DNA of 62,925 nucleotides, the filler included, from Elsinoe ampelina (taxonomy: Eukaryota), in NCBI GenBank assembly GCA_010093995.1. It is 7 parts of 5 records of this genome, joined end to end, with 100 filler letters (N's around TTAATTAATTAA, not from the genome) between each part and the next. Parts side by side here need not be neighbours in the genome. Positions count along the whole stretch, not along the records: positions 25,958 to 55,835 come from ML992510.1; 6 more parts are not named here. One strand, given 5' to 3'. A model generated the notes under the pieces. The model searched no databases, was not told where the DNA came from, and saw only the letters and a program-made list of their open reading frames with translations. Position 1 is the first letter of the stretch, and the number at the start of each line of letters is the position of its first letter. Below are positions 42,401 to 50,959 of this stretch, one piece after another. The position numbers and the translations under genes are program-made.

Positions 42401-43123
42401 GGTGATTTACTTGAAGATGTGATAGAGAAGAAGAAGTCAAGGGTGGAATTTGAAGAGAACAGGCGTGGTGGTCGTTCCTCGGGCGCGACTCTGAATCAAT
42501 GTCGGCAAAGCAAAGGTGGATAATCCGACGAATGGTTATTCGTACATACTGAATCTGTGATTTCTGTGATTGATCGAAGCTGATGTGATGTTGAATTCGC
42601 CGTGACTGAAGAGAGCAGATAGCAGTAGCGAGCGAGCAAAGGCCTCCGAAGCGGATGGATTGTGAAGAGGTGAACTGTAGAGATGGACATGGATAGCGAA
42701 GGATAGAATATCACGCGCAAATCTGCCCCACGTCATTCTCAAGCCGCCTGAAGCTTCCGTCCCTGATCCTCCTGATTTCACCGATTCGCCGACTTGAATG
42801 CCAAGATAATCATTCACCTCGCCTCCTTTCAAATGCTCACGAAATCAAGATGTTCCACAGAAGGACAGGCGGCATGGTATGAATTCAGATGTACTGTATG
42901 TTCAGGTAAAGCAAGCTTCGAACTACGTGCTAATGACTACGCCCGCCTGTGCCTCCTCGAGAACCCTCTCTCCTTGGCGAAAGCGTTATCACAATGAAAA
43001 TGTGGCGATGCTTTTGGATGTGTTGTGCTTTTGATCGTGCTAGCAGGTAGTGAAACAAAAATTTCGTGCTGGCGAGTGGCGTAATGAAACGAGTGTATCG
43101 CCTGTGCAACCCTTGTGTCTTGT

Positions 43124-44553
43124 TCAGTAGCCCAACAAAGCAGACGCACCGGGCTCACTGGAGACATAGATGGTGTCGTGGCTGTCGGAAAAGCCGTTGA
43201 ACTTGGTTGCGCTGCACTTGGTGTAGGCACCCATCTCTTCGAAATAGAGCCAATCACCGACATCCAGGGTAAAGGAGCTGGACCAAGAAGCAGAGATGCA
43301 GTCGATGCCGTCACAAGTTGGACCCCAAACGCTGTACTCGACGCCTCGCTTCCCAGCATCATGAGCGCATGCGTTATTGTCGTTCTCTGCGCAGTCGAAA
43401 AAAGTCATCTCTCCAGCTTTGAGGACCTGAGGCACCGGATGCTGGTGGTCGAACATGATGGAGCTGAAATTGCCATAGACTCCGTCGTTGAGATACAACA
43501 TATAGCTCTTGATTCCGAGCTCTTTGTCCTCGACTGCTCGTCTTGCAATAACATTGCAGGCGATCGTGAATGCCTGCGAGACGTAGAAGCGACCAGGCTC
43601 ACCGATCACACGGATGGTCGGTGGAAAGTAGGTGTCGAGCGCTGCAGACAGGACGGCAGCCATGTCTTCAAAGGTCTCGCTGACGAAGCCCCCTCCGACA
43701 TCGAGTGTCTTCAAGTCATAGCCAAGAGCTGCGGCCTGATCGAACACGAAACGAGCATCACGAACAGCCTTGAGGAAGGCCTCCGGGTCGGAGGCTCCAG
43801 AGCCCACATGGAATGCCACACCAACCACGTCGAGGTCCAACTCTTTGGCAAGAGCAAGCAGTTCACCCGTGGTGTCGAGTGACGCCCCAAACTTCAAGCT
43901 CAAACGGCACAGGCTTGCCGAGTCATCTGTGAGGATGCGGAGGAAGAGCTTTGCGTTCGGGTAGATATCTTTGATCTTGTAGAGCTCGTCGGCGTTGTCG
44001 AAGGTCATCTGACGAACATTCTCCTTTGCAGCATAGCGGACGAAGGACTTCGTCTTGCATGGCTGGGCGTAAATGATGCGGTCAGGAGAGACGCCTAGAC
44101 GAAGAACTTGCTCGATTTCGGCCTTGGAGGCACAGTCGAATCCAGTGCCTAGTTCAGCAAGCAGGCGGAGGACCTGCGGATCAGGGTTGCACTTGACGGC
44201 TGTGGCAGAATTAGTCGCTGCGCTTAGAATGTAGCGAGCAGAAACATACCGTAATGAGGCTTGACGCGCTGCAGATTCTTCTTCCAGCGTAGATGTTGGC
44301 GGTAAACCTGTCCCATATCTGCAACGAAGAAAGCATCTTCATCGCCGGGTGCGCAGGTATCCTCGTCAATAGCCTCGACTCTTTTCTTGAGGGCTGAGCC
44401 GATCATCTCCCTGGAGCGGGAAATGCCATTGTTGGCTACACCTCGGATCTTGAGGTTGTCGATGCCACTTGTAGTGGTATCAAAAGGTTTAAGAGACAAT
44501 GTTCCATAGTCTTCGATGAGAGCAGTAGTGGTTGCGGAAGGTGCCATAACCAT
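43124..44553 (-). CDS. spe-1: Ornithine decarboxylase, 459 aa; exons 44250-44553 and 43124-44199
   Basis: PHY^AVKCN PLP-lysine motif across a 50-nt intron (44200-44249), FDCAS, FHVGSG, LDVGGGF, GEPGRF, WGPTCDGID, MGAYT. Confidence 0.97.
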
Positions 44554-44613
44554 GCAGAAGGTTGCACGTTATAGGTCGGATAGAGAGTAATAGCCTTGTT
44601 TTCGGGAGTCGTG

Positions 44614-44850
44614 TTAAGGAGGTTTGAAGGGCTCGAAGCCGCAGGTAATGGACTGGCGTGGCCTACCAGAGTCTTCCCCCAGGAGAGGAAGAACCCCAGA
44701 GATCGACCTATGCGGCAGCTGAGAGTCGGTAGGGATGAGGAGTGGTGTCTGTTGCAAATCGAACAGCACAAAGATCAACTCTTTATAGGAATCCAGCGAG
44801 AGGTGGTGGAATGTTGTTGCAGATGTCGCTGTGGGTTGCCCGGGATGCAA
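44614..44850 (-). CDS. Putative non-AUG (UUG)-initiated regulatory uORF (uCC) in the ODC leader, 78 codons, ending GFEPFKPP*
   Basis: TTG in ttcAacTTG context (-3 A). Stop lies 60 nt before the ODC ATG. Leader has no ATG. Consistent with the known non-AUG uCC of ODC/antizyme-inhibitor homologs. Confidence 0.7.
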   Translation of the reverse strand: MHPGQPTATSATTFHHLSLDSYKELIFVLFDLQQTPLLIPTDSQLPHRSISGVLPLLGEDSGRPRQSITCGFEPFKPP

Positions 44851-44941
44851 GTTGAAGGTCTGAAATGAGTATGGCCTGCGGGGCCGTATTGATGGAGGGT
44901 GCCTTTGATGAGACCAAAGGCAGTCCGTTCAGGAAGATGAT

Positions 44942-45064
44942 CTGAGGGAGAAACAATCAGTAAAAATCACTCAAGTAAATGTGACTCTGTGACTTCGCCC
45001 GGAATCGTCGAGATGGCGCAGCAAACGGACGGCCGAGGGGCAGCGTGAATTTTCTTCTACTTAC
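44942..45064 (-). promoter_or_regulatory. Probable 123-nt intron in the ODC 5' leader
   Basis: GTAAGT donor at 45064, branch TACTGAT, pyrimidine tract and CAG acceptor at 44942 (minus strand). Confidence 0.7.
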
Positions 45065-45739
45065 AAATCGCAGTGATCACCGAAAGCTACAGAATTGTAG
45101 CCTGGTGGAAATGATGGGTTGTCCGTGTAGACGTGTTGCTTGTGAACTCGTTCGTGTGTCGAGTGTGTGACAAGCAGGTGTGTGGGAGGACGGAGGGAAA
45201 GAGTTTGAATAATGATCGTCTTGGATCGAATTCTCGAGAGTGCGCCGACCAAATTCGGCCTTTTGCGCAGTGACGTTGTTCTTGCTGGCTGGCGCCCCAG
45301 CGAAAAAAGTCGCATCGGTAACTTAGTTTCCACCCAACGAGAGGTCGCAAATCGCGCATTGCTTGCATGATCAACACCACAAACAACCCCGCCTGAACGG
45401 TGGTTGGACGGGCATGTTTGGAGGCACAAAAGTCACGCAGGTACCGTGCGACCATAATATGAAATACTTGAATTCTCGAGTTCATGCTCGATTGAAATTG
45501 TGGCCACACGCTGTACAGGTATGTAGAGCCTCTAAAAAGTCTCTGTCTCCTCTGATAAGAAGCATGGTGATTCCCATTCCGTAGTTGATGCAGTTCGCTC
45601 CCTCCCGTGATAAAAATGCCCAGAAAGCTCCAGAACTGTAGTCGAAACTTTCTGTAGAGACTGATGTGCACTCCGCAGTTCAATCACCGATGCAAAAACG
45701 CCACCCTGTGTCAGGAATTCGTTACTGTCGTTCTTCAAA

Positions 45740-46953
45740 TCATTCAGATCCAGAGCTGACTTCGAAGGCCCTTTCCAGCTCTTCTATTGGGGTATATGAT
45801 GCTCTGTATCCGGCACCGACGAGGATGTGCAATCCTACATCTGTCGAAAAGTCGCCATATCCAATACCAGCTCGTCCTGGTAATGGTAACTGGGTCTTAC
45901 TTGCTGTGACCAAACCTGCCTCGGCGGCCAAGTTGAAGAACTCGAGCTCAGTCTCGTGTCTGAATTTTGTTGCAATTATGGCGATTGCCTTTGGTGATCT
46001 AGTGATCAAAGCTTTGATCGTCTTGACTAAGGGAGGTATGCTGTCGCTGTTGTAAATGCACTCAGCCGCAACAATGATGTCGAAGTTCTTGTTGGCAACG
46101 CGTGGCGGTAATTTCTTCTCCCAGTCCAGAGGTGCAAAGCCAACCCGAGAGCTGATGGCGAGATTGGCCTCGGCCATGTTCCGTTCGACAAGCTCTTCAA
46201 CTTCGGGAAAGTCGGTAAGAAGCACATCGCAATCCGGGATCGATTGAGCGAGAGCAATTCCGACAATGCCACATCCACATCCCAACTCTATCACGTTGAG
46301 CCGCTTAAACGTCGCAGAGATCAAAGCATGCTCCAAAGCCGGCATTGCGGTGGGAGCTTGTAGTGCGATGACACGGTCAATGTAAGCTGTGAGCGCCACA
46401 CTTCCGTCCCATAGATGGCGAGCGATACTGTCGCCAGTGTCCTCCCAAATGGTCAATGATCTGCCAGAGAGTGGCGAGAATTTTCGTTCGACTTGTCGTG
46501 GAGCCTCGAAAATGCCCTTGGTCGCATCCAGCGATTCGCTCCAGACAGTGACGATGGCCGCTGTCTCATGATTAGGCCGTGATGAGAAAAGCTCAAAGTC
46601 GTCTGCCAGATCGGCTTGACCGTTCTTCAAGCCCACATGTAGTCGCGCTGGCCATTCGATTTCTGATCTAGTTAAATCGAATGAAAGTGGCAGTGACCGT
46701 GACCCAGCAGTCCATTTGATCGTCCGTCGCAGGAAAATATCACCGTGTCTGTCCGGTGATCTGAGAGTGGTCGCAAGGTCGAGGTCATCTTCGTAGAAGG
46801 TTTCGCCCAAGTCAGTCGTGATGGTAATGTTAGCAGTCAAAGTGACTTTTCCGGCTGCTACGGTGACCTTTGGAGTCTTGAGAAAACGAACTGTCCAACA
46901 CGTCAGTTGCTGTAACTCGGAGACGTGGCGGTGGATGGCATACTGTAATGCAT
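45740..46953 (-). CDS. SAM-dependent protein methyltransferase, Methyltransf_16/METTL21-like family, 386 aa; exons 46944-46953 (10 nt) and 45740-46890
   Basis: MHY^IRFLKTP start across a 53-nt intron (46891-46943; GTATGC..ACTGAC..CAG). Motifs ARHLWDGS, VIELGCGCGIVG, VLLTD, LDW, DIIVAAECIY. Confidence 0.9.
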
Positions 46954-47690
46954 TCCAGACCACCTTCTTGCCGTGTTTTGACGGCACGGCTAAAAAAGGT
47001 GGAGTCAATACCATAAGAGATTTAGAAGAAGAGCGATTAGGAAAAATCAGGATATTGCTGGTCAAGTGTCATGTTGGAAACAAGGTGATGATGGGAATGT
47101 TAAACAGGTGATCTGGGAGTCGCCCAGCAAAAATGTGAATCGGAGGTCTGTTAAGCTCTAGCCCAGGTGATCGACAAATCCGGGTGAGTTCCCTTCGTAA
47201 GGCACCAAAACCGACATGAGACCCTTCCAAGGGCGGTGGCAGTAGTGTTGCTGCAAGACCTCAAGCCCATCGACGATGGTCCCGCAGCCATTGACGACGG
47301 TTGCAGAGTTTCTTCTCTGGTTGCCTGCCACGTTGTCACGGCTCGTGCCTCTGTCCGTTGGTTGTTGAAGTCTACCCTAAACACGCGGTCATTTGCCAGT
47401 CCAAGCTCATCGCGTATGGCCGAATTTCGAGCCTTCGGTTCTTGTGGTCGATCCGATTGCGAATAGCAAGTTGAGCCGCGATCTGGGGGATCTGAGAACG
47501 ACCCGCATTCTCGCCAAGGCTCATGACAGCACTTTCAGCTCTGACCATCTCCCGTTCGTCGGCTCCTGCGCATCAACATCATCTTATCACGACAAAGCTT
47601 CCAGATTTGTTCTCCCGTACGACCAAATTGCACGGTCCCGACCCAGCGACGGACGACCTCGTCCGTTGCGCGCAATAGCCTACACCTGCC

Positions 47691-49109
47691 ATGTATCGAC
47701 GAAATGATCCGCGCTTCCGGAGGACCCTCAACGAGATCTCACAGACGATCGAGAGCGCGAATGAGACGGCACAAGCTCGGGTCTACGTATTTGGGCAAGA
47801 ATACATCAATCCTTGTTTCTCGGGAGTGCTATCCTGCTTTCGACCATGTATCGAGAACTGTTGCGCTGGGCGAGATCAGCGGGGTAACAAGACTCGAGGG
47901 CGAGGGCGTGCTGAGCTCAACTTTGATTTCTACGACGACTGGGAGGAAGATGAGGCGGACGGACTGCTTGGGTGGGATGATGAGGAGTATGACGGCTTCT
48001 TCTCCGGACCAGGGTCATATGGCGCGACTCAACAGCAGCCTGCGCGACAACGAGCAATGAGTTATGGCACTCGTCGCGATGCGAGGGGTCGCAGAGGCAG
48101 CAATCCTGGTGCTGAAGAGAATCCATCATATTTTGGCTTCCTTGGAAAACTAACAGGTAAGCTTGGACAAGGTAAAGGACTACGATACAAACCTTCCGCG
48201 GCTGGACTTCAGGAACATCCAGGTGCAAGCAAGAAGCAGGCTGAGTCGGAGTCTGAGCCATTGATGACGGACGACAGCGATGTAGATGCAGTTGGCCGAC
48301 GAAAGAGACACGGAAGAAACCGGAGTGGCACGAATGCCAGTCAACAGACAACCAGCTCTTTCAGCTCCAGAGGAGATATCTTTCCCAGCGAAGACGAGGA
48401 TGACGCGGTCATGTTGGATGACGAATTTGCTATGGTGCTAGAAAGGAGAAATACAGGAACGGGAAGTGGTCCAGATGATGGCAGCAGCGGGATCATCAGC
48501 AGCAACAACAGTAAACGACCTCGCCTTGGGTCTAGGAAGTCGACGAGGTCAAGATCAAGTCGCAATACACCCAGGTCGAAGAGATCATCACGAGCTCCTA
48601 GCAGCGATTCACCCCCGCGAGCTGAAATGGTTGATCCGGAACCTGTTATAATACCAACCTTGAATGAATTAAAGCAAGAGGAGGAACAGGCACGCCTAGA
48701 GGAAGAAGCGGCGCTGCACAGGAGACGCTCGGCTGCCCAGAAATTGGCCGAAGAGCGTGGGCTCAGCGCTACCAATTCACCGACAGTCGGTCGACGATGT
48801 CTGTATTATGAAAGCATCACTAACGACTTGCAGTCGATCCGCACACCCACAGCTCGCTCGACACCAGAGAGACAGTCAAGTCACCACCAAGAAGACCTCC
48901 AACGGATGAGCCAGATTGAGAATGCCGTTTCTTCCATTGCCACGATCCGACCACCTACCACCCCTTCCAGAGTCAGCTCTGCCCATGACTTGCAGTCCAG
49001 CAAGGACGAATTTGGTGACTTTCAAGACTCACCTTCTATACGACGAGCACCAGCTGAACAGCCTGTGAGCTCCTCGTTTGAGGCTGCGCGACTACCACGA
49101 TTCTCATGA
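47691..49109 (+). CDS. Hypothetical fungal protein (Cys-rich N-terminal patch, FDFYDDW motif, disordered Ser/Arg-rich body); probable in-frame intron 48786-48833
   Basis: 472-codon ORF with protein-like composition. 48-nt GTCGGT..CACTAAC..CAG segment looks like an intron. Divergent from the methyltransferase gene. Confidence 0.85.
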   Translation: MYRRNDPRFRRTLNEISQTIESANETAQARVYVFGQEYINPCFSGVLSCFRPCIENCCAGRDQRGNKTRGRGRAELNFDFYDDWEEDEADGLLGWDDEEYDGFFSGPGSYGATQQQPARQRAMSYGTRRDARGRRGSNPGAEENPSYFGFLGKLTGKLGQGKGLRYKPSAAGLQEHPGASKKQAESESEPLMTDDSDVDAVGRRKRHGRNRSGTNASQQTTSSFSSRGDIFPSEDEDDAVMLDDEFAMVLERRNTGTGSGPDDGSSGIISSNNSKRPRLGSRKSTRSRSSRNTPRSKRSSRAPSSDSPPRAEMVDPEPVIIPTLNELKQEEEQARLEEEAALHRRRSAAQKLAEERGLSATNSPTVGRRCLYYESITNDLQSIRTPTARSTPERQSSHHQEDLQRMSQIENAVSSIATIRPPTTPSRVSSAHDLQSSKDEFGDFQDSPSIRRAPAEQPVSSSFEAARLPRFS

Positions 49110-49673
49110 TATTACTTGACATCTGAAAGAAAGATACCCAGTCGCATTATCAATTAGCATGGCGTTCAGGAGCACAGGACTGAGCGAATGCAAGACCCAG
49201 TGCGGGCAAGCATGATCAGGAGGAGTGCATGAAGCATCCATCTCTGTATTTATAGAACTTTGGGAAGACGAATGTACGACGTTGTTGAATCATTCAGTGT
49301 AACGATACCAAGAGCGAGGACGTTTCAAACTCATTGTAACTTCGGCGGTGCACGTGAAACTCCCATCTATCACTACATGGCCTACCAATTCTGTTCATAA
49401 CTAAAATACCCATCCCGTTGTGTACCCTTAATTAGCAGCCAACAGCGCGGTATCATATCACAGGTCTGTCGGAGTCATCCCGATCTTTTGATGGCGTGCT
49501 CCGCAACGGTACCGCTTCACAATCCAAGAATTTTTTTTCCTTTCTTCCACACAGTCCACAACCACACCTTGACACCGCCCGTGAGTAAATCGGTAAAATT
49601 TCCACCCTTCCCCAATTCCTTTTCCCCTCATAAATCCCCTTCCCAATTCCCCCTATCCTCGCACAAAACAACA

Positions 49674-50759
49674 ATGTCCCACCTAACCCCCACCTCCTCA
49701 GGCTACTCCACCCTCCTCTCCCCCCCTCTCCCATCCGCCTACACCCCCACCCAACTCCTCCTCTACCTCCAACACATCCACTTCCCCCTCCCGCTCACCT
49801 TCCCCCGCACCCCCTCCACCCTCCTCCTCCTCCACCGCCTCCAAATCACCACCATACCCTACGAAAACCTCTCCCTGCACTACTCCCCCACCCACACCAA
49901 CTCCATCTCCCCCCACGCCCTTTTCGAAAAGTTCATCTCGCCCCCCGCGGCCCCCGGGTCGGCAGAGCAGAGCGCGGGCAGAGGGGGGTACTGCTTCGAG
50001 ACGGCGGTGTTCTGGCTGAACATCCTGCGCGGCTTGGGGTTTCGGGCGTACTCGTCGCAGGCGCGGATTCGGTTGAGGGATGGGCCGGTGCCGAAGGGGG
50101 AGTTTGTGGGGCCGAGGCATGTGGTGACGATTGTGGTGTTTGAGGATGGGGAGCGGTGGAGTAGTGATGTTGGGTTTGGGGGGGATGGGCCGACGGGGGC
50201 GTTGAGGTTGGTGGGGAGGGGAGAGGAGGGGGCTGGGCAGGGGGTTGATGGGGAGGGGGATGAAGGGGCGGTGGTGAATCTGGGCAGACAGGAGGTGAGG
50301 ATTAGTAGGGGGGTGTTTCCGGGGACGGTGGATGGGGGGAGGAATGGGGTTTGGTTTTATGAGTATAGGAATGGGAAAGAGGGGACGTGGGAGAGGTATT
50401 ATGCTTTTGGGGATCAGGAGGCGAGTTTGTGGGAGCTGGAGTGTGCGAATTGGTGGGTGGGGACGCATCCGGATAGTTTTCAGAGGAAGCAGGTCTTGGT
50501 GGTCATGTTCTTGAGAGAGGAGAGGGAAGTGGATGGGGTGGGGGAGGGGAGGGAAGCAGAGTTGGTGCGGGTGGTGGGCAAGGTCATGCTTGTGGATGGG
50601 ATTGTCAAGAGGAATATGGGCGGGAAGACGGAGGTGATCAAGGTGTGCAAGACGGAGGCGGAGAGGGTAGATGCTCTGCGGGAGTATTTCGGAATCACGC
50701 TGACGGACGAAGAGAAGAAAGGCATCCAAGGTTTCAGGACGGAGCTGAAAGAGGCATGA
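49674..50759 (+). CDS. NAT: Arylamine N-acetyltransferase (NAT family), 361 aa, intronless
   Basis: IPYENL, GRGGYCFE (catalytic Cys), HVVTIV (His), DVGFGG (Asp). ATG in acaATG context at 49674. Confidence 0.93.
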   Translation: MSHLTPTSSGYSTLLSPPLPSAYTPTQLLLYLQHIHFPLPLTFPRTPSTLLLLHRLQITTIPYENLSLHYSPTHTNSISPHALFEKFISPPAAPGSAEQSAGRGGYCFETAVFWLNILRGLGFRAYSSQARIRLRDGPVPKGEFVGPRHVVTIVVFEDGERWSSDVGFGGDGPTGALRLVGRGEEGAGQGVDGEGDEGAVVNLGRQEVRISRGVFPGTVDGGRNGVWFYEYRNGKEGTWERYYAFGDQEASLWELECANWWVGTHPDSFQRKQVLVVMFLREEREVDGVGEGREAELVRVVGKVMLVDGIVKRNMGGKTEVIKVCKTEAERVDALREYFGITLTDEEKKGIQGFRTELKEA

Positions 50760-50959
50760 GACCTGTGATCCGGAGTTTGTACGCGTTGTGGTATAGACAT
50801 GCTATAGACGTGAAGCAGATGAGCTCACAGATGCGCATGATTGAGGAAGCAAAGGTACGACTTCCTGCTATATGGTGCAGACCGGAAACAGAAATGATGT
50901 ACGAACCATGATCAAGCATCAAGAACAAGCAGCTCGGTCCGCAGTGTGGTTCTGTCGGT

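Noticed and set aside
43115..43882. 255-aa ORF antisense to ODC, and similar ORFs over the kinase (37410-38919)
   Set aside because: Shadow frames of well-supported genes, with no motifs.
49698..50729. 343-aa ORF antisense to NAT
   Set aside because: Shadow ORF with P/H/L then G/E/V composition, produced by the extreme codon skew.
43124..50759. ODC + methyltransferase + acetyltransferase as a polyamine/alkaloid biosynthetic cluster
   Set aside because: The methyltransferase is a protein-methyltransferase family member, ODC looks like the housekeeping copy with its normal leader, and no backbone enzyme, transporter or regulator is present.
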